The translations under genes and the position numbers were made by a program. 51,140 nucleotides of DNA from Octopus bimaculoides (taxonomy: Eukaryota), in contig NC_068982.1 of assembly GCF_001194135.2 (NCBI RefSeq), positions 191,425,045 to 191,476,184 of the forward strand, written 5' to 3'. Below the pieces are notes generated by a model. The model worked only from the letters and a program-made list of their open reading frames with translations, had not been told where the DNA came from and made no database searches. The number at the start of each line of letters is the position of its first letter. Position 1 is the first letter of the stretch. Below, piece by piece: positions 24,953 to 38,220 of the stretch.

Positions 24953-25252
24953 TAGCAATATAGTGTTAGCATATTCAATGTAGGAAGATTTAAAAACTAG
25001 AAATAATTATAGGATGACTAAGAACTAGTGTGGAAGCCTCTACGATATTTGCAGAAGTAATATCAAACAATGTTGCTTGCTTTTCCCACTCCCCCACTTT
25101 TGATGGTGGTGGGCTTGGTTGGTGTTATGTGAAGCTGGTAAATGAAGATGTATTTCGTTGGCTGTGTGAATAAATAAGTAAAGCGAACATGCTGGACACA
25201 AAGATATTTGGTGTTGGCTATTTACACTGAACTTTATAAATGTTTGCTGACT

Positions 25253-25303
<51 letters not shown>

Positions 25304-25399
25304 CTCATCGCGTCTGTAGATGTTACTTAAGGGACATTGAGTGAATGTTCAGAATGGGTCCGTCCGACATCCTGGAGTTGTCTGCGTAAATGCCCAGGG

Positions 25400-26755
25400 C
25401 AAGAGTGGACACGCATATCACTCAGCCGCCTTCAGCATTCTGCGATTAATCGAGCTGCAAAACGGTCTTTTATAGGAGACAATAGGAACATTCGAGAAAA
25501 CCATATCACGCCACAGCCTCACGCTGAATGGTCAATTATTAGACCGATCACATGAAACTATGGTGAAGCCAAATATGGGGATTTATTGTACCATTGTGAA
25601 GCTAAGTGGTTAAGTAAGGCCCAAATGCTTAAGCGATTTTAACAACTGAAGGAAGAAGTGAAAATTCTTATGAATGTTAAAGGTGTTCCTATTATAGAAC
25701 TGGAAGATAAAAAGTTTCAAAGTGACTTAGCATTTTTAGTAGATATAGCTAGACATTTAAATAATTTGAACTTGAAACTACACGGCTCCAATCAGTTAAC
25801 AACCAGTTTGCTTCTTCATGTCAAAAGTTTTGAATCGATGCTTCATTTATTTGTCTCACAATTGAAAAGAAAGTGCTTCACACATTTTCCGAAATTGAGC
25901 GAACAAAATCTGACGAATGTGAAAGTCTTTTGAAGAAATTTGAAAGTAGATTTGAAGAAATACAAGATAAAATCGATCTACGTGTTTTTGAAACACCTTT
26001 TGATATGTGTCCTGAGGAAGCTCCGGATTCCTTACAATTAGAATTGATTTGCAGTCGGAGAACTTAATAAAATCGAAATATAGTAATTTGTCTTTATTGG
26101 ACTTCTACAAACGTATCAATCCTGAGAAATTCTCTGCTTTACATAAAAATGCCTTGAAATTCGTATCTCAATTTTCGACAACTTGTGAGCAGTTTTTTTC
26201 CAAATTGAATTATGCAAAAAATCTTCTTCATACCAGACTTACTAACGAAAACCTGAGTAATAAACTAAGAATAGCAGTTTCTTCAAAGTCATTGATATTC
26301 CTAAACTTTCAAAGAAAGAAATATTTTTAAAGTAGTTTCATCCTTCTCACTAAACAAAGTCAAATTTTAAAGTTAAGGTTGATTAGCTTTGATAAAATTA
26401 TCACTCGGATAAATTTGTTCAAATATGTCATTTACACATAATTCTATTTAGGTATTAATCTAATGTTTCAAAATTAAATTTGGTCTGTGCTTGACTTCAG
26501 ATTTCTCCAACATCAGGATAGGAACATTTTGAAAAATATAGAATACCTCGTAAATAATATAAACATCCTAAATTCAGTGGCGGCGTTAATGAAGATGTTA
26601 CGCGTTAGTTTGATGTTAAACTTATCTTTATTAATGTACATCGAATTATACATAGATATATACACAGATACAAGAACCAGAAGTTGTGATCCGCCTGCGG
26701 AGCTTTTTTCTTTGGAAACTTTTGCCCACCGTACTAAAAAGTCTCCCCCACCCTG
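25400..26755 (+). mobile_element. Decayed hAT (Charlie/SPIN-like) transposon, 3' half
   Basis: Translated remnants YGDLLYHCEAKWLSK (EVRWLSRG-type), DLAFLVDIARHLNNLNLKLHG and FSTT-CEQFFSKLNYAK..RLTNENL (hAT dimerisation domain). Right end AAGTCTCCCCCACCCTG. Confidence 0.85.
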
Positions 26756-28809
26756 CTCTCAACCAATAATGCAAAGCATTTTTATCAGCCTCTCTAATCA
26801 TTTCACTAACTCCCCAATATTATTACCATGTTTGAACATGACTAATGTCTGGCGTTTTTTTCTCACAGTATAAATTATTTTTAATTAACGATTTAATACT
26901 CTTTAATTTGAAATATGCTAATATTAACTTATCTATCTTACTATCTGTCTCCTGATTTATAATTATTTCAACTTAATTATCTCATTGCTTTCTACACAAC
27001 AATATTAACATTAACCTGTGTGTCCTGCTGTTTGCCAAGCTGCCTGTCTGCTTCACCATAATTAGTATTAATTAACCATTTAATACTCCCTCCATTCAAT
27101 AACAAAATATGTTAATATGAACTTAACTGTGATGGTTAATGTTGTTTCACTTTAAACTGCGGAAATCCGTGGGTGGCGGGTGGGATTCCTGTAGAATGAC
27201 TTTCTGGGAGAAGTTGGTTTAGGAAAATTGTTTAGTCTAGATGTATGGGGTGGGATGAGAAATAGGGTTTTCTAGAGAAAGACAGGGTATGTGGATGTGG
27301 GGGGTGATTTAGATGGGGATTAGTGTTTGTTAGAGAAAGGATTGTAACCTTGACCTTCATCTGTTCGCAGTGACAAAAGTTGATAGTTAAACGGGGAATA
27401 TTTGTAAGAGGTTTTTAGGAAAAAGACAGACACTGCGATCTGTTGAGTCTCTCCACACGAACGACACGCTTCGCTTTCAGCTCCATGTACCGCCAGAGCA
27501 ACAACTCTGAAATGACTTTGTTTTCGCTTCTTTATACTTAACCAGTTTCAAAACATGAGGTGATGACATGCAACGTCGGTCGAGTAGACACGGGAAAGTA
27601 GTGTTCACTGCTCCACCAGACGGCGCTTCGAAATGACTGTTGCCGCTTTTGTAGCACCCATTGCTTAAAGCGAAAAATATTCTCCACGGCAAATTAGCAG
27701 CGGATACGGCCAGTAGCATGTATGTAATAGCATGGTTTAAATGCATACATATTGGTCTCCAAGTAAGCTCAAACGACACTGTAAGTTTACAACTCTATTC
27801 CGTCTGTGATTCTCCGAATAAAGAGGCTCCCTACTACGTCCGATTGTCACTTATATAATGTGGCTGTGGCCATGTTTAATTGAGTTCCTTTTCTCCGTTT
27901 CTCTAAGGACTCCCGGCTTGTAGTTTGGTGCTATCGCGTATGCGCTGGCGTCTCACACACATGAACAATTCTTCTTGCACATGCGCTAACTGTCTCGACC
28001 AAACTCAATGCCGTCATCTCCCATCTTTTCTAGAAACACTTTAAGCAAGTCTCTTTCTATATATACAAAATACACCTAATGTCCCCACGCATTCATTCAT
28101 TCACCGCTGTCACACTATAGATATATATCTATAAAACACAACTGACTTCCTTACAGAAATCTTATGCAAGACATTAACATTGTACGTAACCCACTGCCAA
28201 GATAAACTTCATAATCTTAAAAGTCGAGTTGTTGTTGTATATCACCGCATAGCTATCGAACACAAGAACACAGTTGGCGATGTCTGTCTGCCACACACTG
28301 CTAAAACCACCGTCGCCAACATCGTCTCTTCAACCAGAATCTACCAGAACAAGCAAGACCGAGCGTTCTGAGAAGTATCGCAATAATAATAATAATGATG
28401 ATTTCTTAATTAACCACAAAAGGTTTACATTAAGAAAAACATTATGGACAGAACAGGACAAACAGAATGTAGGGTCACCTGAAAGTCGTGTAAACAATTT
28501 TAAAAAATCGATTATAACAACACAATTTGGATCTTATCGGTTTGGCTGAGCCAAACCAACTAGATCCCAAAATTCCCCAAAGGAGGGAGACCTCCTAGGA
28601 CTGCTCGTGGACTGCCCACAAATCCACAAAAGTCCTGACCACCAGGGTAAGTGCTCTTTCCGCTTTGTCTACAGACGCATGCTTAAAGTAGGCCCATTCA
28701 CTCGAGCCATTCTTGAGACATTCGCCCACCTTTAATAAAATTGCTGGGGTGAGGGCAGAACCTCCCTCATCACCCTTACTTTCCTTTTCAAGTAAAACTT
28801 TAAAAAGTT

Positions 28810-29530
28810 GATAAGGACTTGGCCAAAGAGCAAAGTGTCTGTCTTCAGCTCTTTCAGTCTGGTCCATCACACAACCTCATGGCTTCTGATCTTTACTGAT
28901 TGGAAGTGTTATCATATATGTTTTTGTCTTGGTATAAAAGATGGGCTACAGCAAATATTCTGCTCAATACCACAGATTTACTTGTCGGCTGTTTTACCTT
29001 TATCATTTGAGCGTGTTCCTTGGTGGCTGACGATATGTGCATCCCTGATCATGAGCAGAAGTAGTGGGGGAGCATCATAGCCATGTGTTGAGAGGAATTC
29101 TTTGAGGTTTGAATAATTCACCTTTGGAAACATGGGTGTTTCGTTCAATATCCTTAAACAACCCTTATTCAGGGACCTTTTGAGCGGGATGGGCTACTCG
29201 ACCTGAAGAAAATTCTAACTGGGCTCCACCTGAAGGACCGGCAACTCGGGCAGTCGCCCGGAGCGCCAAGGAGGGCGTGACAAAGACAAGTAAATTTCCA
29301 CGGCTGTCAGCTTGTACACACCAAAGTTCACTTCGCCCTCGGGGCACCAGCAACCCTAGGGCCGGCTCTGCCCACCTGCAAAGTAATGCGCTGTTTATAT
29401 TGATATGAGATCACCATATCGTGCACATATGGCTGTGATGCATGTGCCTGGTGTAATCATGATTGGTATACCGATTTTCGTATATCTTATCCCAGAGTCA
29501 CTTTCATTAGTATGCACTGCTCTCTTACTC
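28810..29530 (+). repeat. Interspersed repeat (unclassified, (AAT)n tail) interrupted by a MITE
   Basis: 29165-29530 is homologous to 43225-43460 elsewhere in the window. Confidence 0.65.
29233..29370. mobile_element. 138-bp hAT-type MITE with 8-bp TSD
   Basis: TIRs AAGGACCGGC / GCCGGCTCTG, flanked by TCCACCTG and CCCACCTG. The paralogous copy at ~43279 has a single CCCACCTG (empty site). Confidence 0.8.
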
Positions 29531-29656
29531 ATTAATAATAATAATGATAATAATAATTCTTTCTACTAAAGGCACAAGGCCTGCAATTTTGGGAGAGGGA
29601 CTAAGTCGATTACATTGACCTTCCAGTACTCAACTGGTACTTAATTTATCGACCCC

Positions 29657-29705
<49 letters not shown>

Positions 29706-31179
29706 TTTAACATTATCATCCAATGATTTTTGCCTTCTTTTTTTTAGCCTGTTTTCCTACTGCAATCACATAAAGGAATGCCCTTAAGAATATGGCGCAA
29801 ATTCTTTGTTTGGTTTTAAGTCTTAAAATCGTTTATTTCACAAGAGGTGGAGGTGAGGAGTTGTGGACAAACAACAACAACAACAATTACAATATAATCT
29901 ATAAAAGCTCGATGTAAAAAAAACATAGCAGNNNNNNNNNNNNNNNNNNNNNNNNNNNNNNNNNNNNNNNNNNNNNNNNNNNNNNNNNNNNNNNNNNNNN
30001 NNNNNNNNNNNNNNNNNNNNNNNNNNNNNNNNNNNNNNNNNNNNNNNNNNNNNNNNNNNNNNNNNNNNNNNNNNNNNNNNNNNNNNNNNNNNNNNNNNNN
30101 NNNNNNNNNNNNNNNNNNNNNNNNNNNNNNNNNNNNNNNNNNNNNNNNNNNNNNNNNNNNNNNNNNNNNNNNNNNNNNNNNNNNNNNNNNNNNNNNNNNN
30201 NNNNNNNNNNNNNNNNNNNNNNNNNNNNNNNNNNNNNNNNNNNNNNNNNNNNNNNNNNNNNNNNNNNNNNNNNNNNNNNNNNNNNNNNNNNNNNNNNNNN
30301 NNNNNNNNNNNNNNNNNNNNNNNNNNNNNNNNNNNNNNNNNNNNNNNNNNNNNNNNNNNNNNNNNNNNNNNNNNNNNNNNNNNNNNNNNNNNNNNNNNNN
30401 NNNNNNNNNNNNNNNNNNNNNNNNNNNNNNNNNNNNNNNNNNNNNNNNNNNNNNNNNNNNNNNNNNNNNNNNNNNNNNNNNNNNNNNNNNNNNNNNNNNN
30501 NNNNNNNNNNNNNNNNNNNNNNNNNNNNNNNNNNNNNNNNNNNNNNNNNNCTTCCTCTTCCTCTCTGTTTCTCCTCTCATTCCATTTCTTCGTCTCTATC
30601 CTTCTCCTTATCTTTCTCCCCACTCTTTCTCTTTCTCATTCTGTCCCCTCCTCCTTCTCTCTCTTTCCCTCCACATCAAATTGACATTAAATAATAAAAG
30701 AACACACATCCCCCCTCCGCGCACCACCACCATATTCTCCCATCCTGTCCAAACAACCGATGTCGTCTTTTTCGTTCAGTTTTTCTCCTCCTCCCCTCCT
30801 TTTCCTCCTCCTCCCCTCCTCCTCTTCCTTATTAATTCTGTTTTAGATAAAACCAAAATGTAGTTTACTAAACAGAATAATGATATCTTGAATAAACTTT
30901 CGTGAACTAAAGAAAATATGCCTCGTTCATGTTGATGTTGATGTTGTTGTTGCTGTTGCCTGTTATATTTTTAGTCCTGTCAGACTAATTCACATATCAC
31001 TGACCTAGAACTACTTCCACGCTTCCAGATTTCGTAGCAGTCGAGGCTTCGGTGTACACTGTATCGCAGACATTGTGTACGCGCATACACACACACATAC
31101 TTCTTTGGCGATATATCTTTATCTTTTACTTAGAATAACTTAGATAGGTTTCGGCCAGAACAGACCCAGACCATGTCTA

Positions 31180-31891
31180 ACTTAATAACACCATCTGGTG
31201 AAGTCTTTTAGTCATATACGGGGCACCATGGCCCACTCTAGCAAAAAGTTATTATTGCTGGCGACATTTCCGGGTGTAGGAGGTTGGTCCGGGATTTTTT
31301 GAAGAAATTTGTCCACAGAACTTCTGAATTTTATGGGATCCGTTTCCGTTTTGAAACGGATGTATTTTGGTATTAAAGAGAGCTGGACCGGTTGAGGTAA
31401 AGTAATGGTGACGTAATGATGCTATGTGTCCTGAGTTCGATTTTAGTAGTGGGCGGATAGCACAGGGGCCAAGTCTTGGATGGATTTTAGAATTGATGCC
31501 AACATTATTTGTGCAATATTGATGGAATATTTTCCACATTACACAAATGATGCAGCGCTCCCGGCGGCGTCGCAGAGAGTAGAGATTGAGTTTTTTTTTT
31601 TTTTAGTCGACTTCAATAGTTAATACCCGTCATGCCATTAATCTTTCTTGTTATTTACCTCTGGAGTGCTTCCACTTTCATAATGAGTTGCTTCGTGTGG
31701 GAAGACCACAGTGGGCAACAGTATTCAAGGTGAGGTCGGGCAAAAGTAGAGTAGAGAAGGATGATGGTGTGGGCATCTCTAGACCGGAAAGTTCTCAGAA
31801 TCCAGGAGCACATCTTGCGGGCCAAGTGGGAACTCCAGCTTAGATTGTTATCAACAATTACTCCAACATCTCTGATGTTGTTGGATGGCAT
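31180..31891 (-). mobile_element. CR1/L2/Jockey-type LINE 3' fragment
   Basis: IRDVGVIVDNNLSWSSH..LLYSTFARPHLEYCCPLWSSH..KVEALQR (31655-31891), then LYSLRRRRER..MWKIF..RLGP..HHYFTSTGPALFN (31252-31580). Confidence 0.85.
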
Positions 31892-32107
31892 AGACTGTGG
31901 CTATGCTGGGGCACCGCCTTGAAGGAATTTTTTGTACTTATTTTTTTAAAGCCTGGTTCTTATTCTATCGGTCTCCTTTGCCGAACCGCTAAGTTATGGG
32001 GACGTAGACACCCACACCAATTGTCAAGCAGTGGTGGTGGGGGGAACAAACACAGACACAATGACACATTAATACATCTTATACAAATACAGACACATAT
32101 CCTTTTA

Positions 32108-32677
32108 TTCTTTCACTCGTTTCAGTCTTTTAACTGCGGCCATGTTGGGGCACCAAGGTCATGAGAGGATAGAAAGATAGGATGTTTCCAATGCAGCGCT
32201 CACCCGAGCTTCAGAGTATCTACACTATCGGATTCCAAACTAATCTGGACATTCTTCAGGTATAGATAATCCAGGTTTCACAACGGTAAAACCATAGTGT
32301 GGGTTTAGAGTGACACATCTTCAGACATTGCATGAAAGGAGTTAAAGACGAGCCATTCTAATGTTTAAAACTGCAAATATTACGGAAATTTTCATTTGGA
32401 ACCTTTGCGTAAACTGACGTTGGAAGTAGAAACAGTGGTAACTGACCATTAATGACTTACTTGGTCTTCTTGTTTGTTTTGTATTTTATTCTTCACTAAA
32501 CCCACACTCGGGTTTTACCGTTTTAAAACCCGGATTTCTAGGTTAGTTTGGAATCCGATAGTGTAGATAGCCTGAAGCTCGGGTGAGTGCTGCATTGGAA
32601 ACATCCTACTTTTCTATCCTCCCAGGATTTTGGTGCCCCAAAATGGCCGCCGGCAAATGACTGAAACGAGTGAAAGA
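32108..32677. mobile_element. Foldback/MITE-like element with ~185-bp inverted arms
   Basis: 32108-32310 is the reverse complement of 32493-32677, apart from a ~17-nt indel and scattered substitutions. ~180-nt spacer. TA on the left, TG on the right. Confidence 0.85.
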
Positions 32678-33951
32678 ATGTATGTCTGTATTTAACATCC
32701 TTCTTCTACGCTTGTATGTGTTAGATGGTTTATCAGGATCCGATGGGCCCAAGGACTACATTGTACTCTAATGCCTTCATTGACATAGTTTCTATGGCTA
32801 GATGCCCTTCTCAATGTCAACCGCTTTACAGCGTGTTCTGTGAGCTTGGTTTGTGCCACCAGCACTAATGAGGTCACAATACAGCTTGCAAGAATATAAG
32901 CACCGAAAAAGGTGGCTCTACGCTGGGAGACGAAGTATGAAAGAAAGCGCCAGACCTGGACAGGAATTATGCAGTAGAGAGGGCGGGGAAATCCGACAGG
33001 GTGACTAGGCGGGGCTAGGAAGATATAAAAATAAGGATGATGAGATGTCTGGATGTACCCTCAAGGTATGAGATGGGAAGTGAATGGTTTGGGGGTGCAA
33101 GAAAGTATGGGGGAGTGAAAGATGAGGAATGAGTGAGGGTGAGGAGGTAATACAATGAATACAGAACAAGTGTTGAATGGATAAGTAAGGATGACAGGGG
33201 AGAGTAGGTGACAACTGCAGAGATTGGATAAGGTTAAGGAGTGAAGGAAAAATGTGGTGAAGTTACCAACGTTACATAGGGGAGAAGAGAATAGCAGAAT
33301 AGCAGAATAGCAATGTTGATACAGTTGGCAGGGGGGGGGATGCGAGCGTGTGTACATGTGTATGTGTGTGCGTGCTTGTGTGCGTACGAGTGTGCATATG
33401 ATTACACGCATATTGATGCAGTAAGTTCAGCATGGAGGAATTCCAACCATGTTTCGTGGTTTGCTACCACAACAGCTCCTTTATAGGATCCAGTTAGCTG
33501 AAGACTTCATCGGGAAGAACCACGTCCGGTTTCGGCCCCTACTCCTCTACCGTTTTCGACGTCGCAGGCCCCACCTCTTTTCGGAAGTGTCTTCAGCTCT
33601 GGTGTTGAGTGCATTTCNNNNNNNNNNNNNNNNNNNNNNNNNNNNNNNNNNNNNNNNNNNNNNNNNNNNNNNNNNNNNNNNNNNNNNNNNNNNNNNNNNN
33701 NNNNNNNNNNNNNNNNNNNNNNNNNNNNNNNNNNNNNNNNNNNNNNNNNNNNNNNNNNNNNNNNNNNNNNNNNNNNNNNNNNNNNNNNNNNNNNNNNNNN
33801 NNNNNNNNNNNNNNNNNNNNNNNNNNNNNNNNNNNNNNNNNNNNNNNNNNNNNNNNNNNAAATTCTCTTTAAATACTATTCACCATTGTTATTGCCGAAG
33901 TTTCAGCGATAGAGCTTTAGTTAGAAACAAATTCCTTCTTTACGGGATAAA

Positions 33952-33984
<33 letters not shown>

Positions 33985-34738
33985 CGCCTCCCCTTCCCTT
34001 CAGTAACTTTGAAAACTACGTTTTAACGCTAAAATAAAAGAAACAGAAAAACAAGGAGTTGAGGCTTTCGTGTATTTTCCAAAGGCACCACCGCCTTATT
34101 TGAAGGGGTGGCTTAACTCGGAATCGAACCTTGCTCCCATCCATCCATCTGCCTGTTGTTTATCTATCTGTCTATCTATATTTCTTTCTACCTACCTACC
34201 TACCTACCTACCTAAGTATTAATCCTTGCAGACTTCCTTATATTATGAATTACAAAATTCCTCACGTTTTTCAGAAAGAAACGTTCAGACTTCAGCGGAA
34301 ACCTTCACACCACTGGTTGTGGGTGGGGAAGTGTCTAATGTACCTGTTAGTACACAACAGAAACAGGCTCCGTTCCTACTTCACGGTTGACTGGTTAGTG
34401 TTAGAGAGGATATCCAGCTGTTAACACAGAAATCGCAGACAAACGGATCCATGGCTGAGATTATTATCAACAATGGCAAGAATTTATCTCTATAGGAAGC
34501 AAACTAACACTACTTCCGCTCATAAAAGTTAGACTCACTCCCCTACTATATTTCAAATTTAAATAATTTTAATCGTTTAAAACTTGAGAGTTATCTCCCT
34601 TGCCGTTTTTTATCCGAATTATTCATTTAGATAATTGTTCTCGCTACTAAAATCGTGGCATTCTTTTGTTTCCCTGGAACTGTCACAGATACGAAATGTA
34701 CGTAAGGGTTTTTGATACTCAATATATTATATAGACTA

Positions 34739-34955
34739 AGGTGGTGAGCTGGCAGAGTGGTTAGCACGCCGGGCGAAATGCTTGGCGGTATTTCGTCTGT
34801 CTTTACGTTCTGAGTTCAAATTCCGCCGAGGTCGACTTTGCTTTTCATCTTTTCGGGGTCGATTAATTAAGTACCAGCTACGTACTGGAGTCGATCTAAT
34901 CGACTGGCCCCCTTCCCCAAAATTTCCGGGCCTTGTGCTTAGAGTAGAAAAGAAT
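34739..34955 (+). mobile_element. SINE family B, full-length reference copy
   Basis: A-box GGTGAGCTGGCAGAGTGG, B-box GAGTTCAAATTCC, conserved body, 3' end GGCCTTGTGCTTAGAGTAGAAAAGAAT. Confidence 0.9.
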
Positions 34956-34993
34956 ATTTCATATAGACTTAAACATACAAATATTTATATATT

Positions 34994-35026
<33 letters not shown>

Positions 35027-35336
35027 GAAGCGCGTGGCTCAGTGGTTAGTGTGTTGAAACACTTGATTGTAAGATTGTTGTCTTGATTCGTGAACCGCGC
35101 GATGCGTTCTTCTCTTGAGCAAGACACTTCATTTCCCGTTGTCTACAATCCAGGCAAAAGATGAGTCATCCTACGACGGATCAAGAGGGAGATTTATCTT
35201 TTATCCGGTATTCCTTCGGTATTGGTCTACAGTGTCGGTGTGACGTGATGATGTCAATCACCCTCTTTTTTCAGCCTAAGCCTCTTTATCTATGTCATGA
35301 AGGAAAGTTGTGTGGGTGGATGAATGACGGGGATTG

Positions 35337-35407
<71 letters not shown>

Positions 35408-35879
35408 GGGCAATACACAGTGCAATTTTCTAATAAAGTTCAACAGGTCTTCGACTTTAATAAAACAATAGGCAGAGTGTATATTGTGTCACAGTAAGAC
35501 ATTACATGGACGTGTTTTGATTTATACCGTTGTTCATCTGATGTCGAATGGAAACGTAAAATAGAGATTTATGTATTTATTTATATCTAGGTCAAAATAG
35601 AAAGAGAGAGTAAAATAATTATTTTAAAAATAAATGTAGGAGAAGAATAAAGTAAACAAATATATGTATATAAAAATGAAAAAATAAAGAGATAAATAAA
35701 CGAAAATTAAAAGAACGTCCTTAAAGAGGCGGGAAGCTTTTGTAGAAAACGTTAATGGAAGTAACAGACGGTAATTTGAACAAAATAAACATCAAGCAGA
35801 CGATAATAAAAATTGATTCACAGCTATTGTTGGAATATCATAGAAGATGCAGCGGTTAACGGAGAGGGAGAGAAAATTT

Positions 35880-36720
35880 GGAAATTTTAAGACATTAATT
35901 GAAAGCGTATGCTAAGAATATTTTTGGTAATATAAGCAAATGAAATAAGACTAGGACTGACTCCTTCTATTCAAAAGTTTATTCCTAAAAACAGTTTAAT
36001 ACTTAACATCAAATAACAACACAATAACTTAATCCCTAAGTTAAAACTGTTGGCAATAATCCATTGCTAGAATTAGACTATCTTATCTACAGTGTTCGTA
36101 TCTAAGCAATTGGAATCTAAGGGGTGCCCCTTAGAATTAGGAGTTAGATACACTGCTATTCCTACTAGCCAAGTTAGAAAAGGTTATATTTTGGGCTAAG
36201 TCAGATTTAGTGGAACAAGATAATTTAAGAGTATCTTTTTTTTATCAAACATTCGGTAGTATTTATTCTGAGGATTTTACGTAAGAAGAGAAAAAATATA
36301 TTTTAGCATTATAAGGCGGATTATGCCAGTAGATACGTCTTTTTCAATTTCTGTTTTTTTGTATTTCTATAAGAAATGAGTAACAGTGGATCTGTGTAAT
36401 GTTTTCTGGTTACGACCTCATTGGAATATATTTTTTCTCGATTGCAGAAATGTTAGATAATTTAAGTGAAATTTCTTGAACTAAATACTTAATTAAATTT
36501 TAGAGGTGGCTAGCTTACCAGCTTAGATTTGAGACAGGGTTATATAAATGAAATTAAGGATTACGTCTGAAATGTTAACTCTGTAATGTTAGCACCTAAA
36601 TTGGGGATAATCGAACTTAATTATTTTTTAATTCTTTCAGCTGGTTTGTGGATTACAGTTGGTAAAGTTTAGCAATCCATCATTACTATACAAGTCACTT
36701 TCAATTTATAGAAATTTCTT
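35880..36720 (-). mobile_element. Highly decayed Penelope-like element remnant
   Basis: Fragments RIYWHNPPYNA, LKLSCSTKSDLAQNI and GHPLDSNCLDTNTV occur in the order expected for the PLE RT-to-GIY-YIG linker (W.NPPYN, LKLSYS, CPL.G.CL). Many stops. Confidence 0.6.
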
Positions 36721-37281
36721 TTGAGTTAGAAAAGGAGACATAACCAAATAAAATCTGCAGCAAATAACTTATGTGTTGTTGTTGTTTTAGCCACAGGTCA
36801 ACAGTACAAGATCAGTTCTATGATAACCCCTCCGCCATTTATTCGGTTATTGTATATCAAGAAGTTTATTGTTTGTATTCTTCCTTCCTCAAATAAGTAG
36901 GGCGATAGCATAAAATTTTACTTATAATGAGTTAACCTCATTCTCCTGGATATATTTTAGGGCAACTGATTGTACTGGTGATGTCTACAGCAGTAGAAAT
37001 ATGTTTCCACATCTCTTCGCTTGTCTCCGGACAAGTAAACTGAATTTTCCCCAGTGGCATTTCAGATTTGGAGAATCTTTGATTCTTGAGGTTATCTCCC
37101 CTTCTCATTTTGTCTATCTTCTTTTGAAACGTAAAAATTTCAATAAATCAAGAATTTGTCTTGTATGATATTTAATATGCCCTTATGGTTCCTTTCTTTG
37201 CTACACATACAACATACATACAACATACATACAACATACATACATACGTACATATACAAATAAATAAATGTACATACACAT

Positions 37282-37338
<57 letters not shown>

Positions 37339-38220
37339 GTGTGTGCGTGTATACACACACATATATTCGTTGGTAGTTTCACAGTGCTATGAAATGCAAT
37401 TAGGCGAAAAAGTATTCAATACGATGGGCAAATTTCCAGCTTATCAAGGAGCTTCCGATGTTCTAGAATTTTCCGATCGGTTTTGATTAGATGACTTCGA
37501 AAACAACTTTGGTATTTTGTTTATACAAAAAGTAACAACGCGTGAAAAGAAGAAAAAGAAGAAATAAGATTTTAGCATTTTCTAAATATTTTTACACATT
37601 TCTGAAGATGATATTTCGGGGTGGGACGAATATTTAAAGATAAATTGGTTTCAAGCTGTGCTCAATTTATGAATGGAAACTTTGATCTTGTAAATCAGTT
37701 TCTGGAGAAGAAAATTTAGAAATGGAATTTGCTTGGAAGTGACTTTTAATGAATATGTATTTTGGAGTGTTGTTAAAGATAGTTCCAGAATAAAATTTGG
37801 CCCTACCCAAAAATCTGTATAAATTCTTAGAAAATTCAGAATTTTTTTTTCTTCTTTTTTTGCGCACTATTCACTTGTGTGTGTGTGTCACCTGATTACG
37901 GCCAGTCTGTGTAGGAATAGCAGAACGTCTGTCATTTGAAGGTCGGTAACGATGCAGGCTTAGCATTGAGTGTGCAATATACATACATACATACATATTC
38001 ATATGTATATCGAACAATGAGAAAGGATTTCAACAATGCATTGGTGGATAAAGATTCTTTATTTGTATATTAAGGCTACCAATAGTTTCATGTCACAACG
38101 TCCTTAACAATTAACGAGCCTATAATATGGAATATCGGTGTTCGTCTCCATTTTGGATTCCACGTAGATTTTTATAATCCAGGCTGCTTTCTGTTTAGTT
38201 CTTAAATAACTTCTATATAG

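Noticed and set aside
27651-27758. Plus-strand candidate exon HPLLKAKNILHGKLAAD...GLQ|GTAAGC
   Set aside because: Splice sites are plausible but no domain is recognisable. The region may be a decayed non-LTR (Tx1-like) remnant on the opposite strand.
28190-28330. Minus-strand DVGDGGFSSVWQ resembling a kinase Gly-rich loop
   Set aside because: Preceded by an in-frame stop, with only a weak acceptor and no VAIK/HRD/DFG downstream on that strand. A GxGxFxxV match is plausible by chance in a window this size.
31140-31210. GGTC..GGCC-GAAAC hammerhead-like fragment
   Set aside because: The CUGANGA core is absent.
33440-33610. CTGAAGA...GAAAC motifs and a 10-bp inverted repeat AGCTGAAGAC/GTCTTCAGCT suggesting a hammerhead
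   Set aside because: Could not assemble stem II and stem III around an intact core.
34280-34490. Plus-strand PLVVGGE resembling a serine-protease activation site
   Set aside because: Contains an in-frame stop and has no His/Asp/Ser catalytic motifs.
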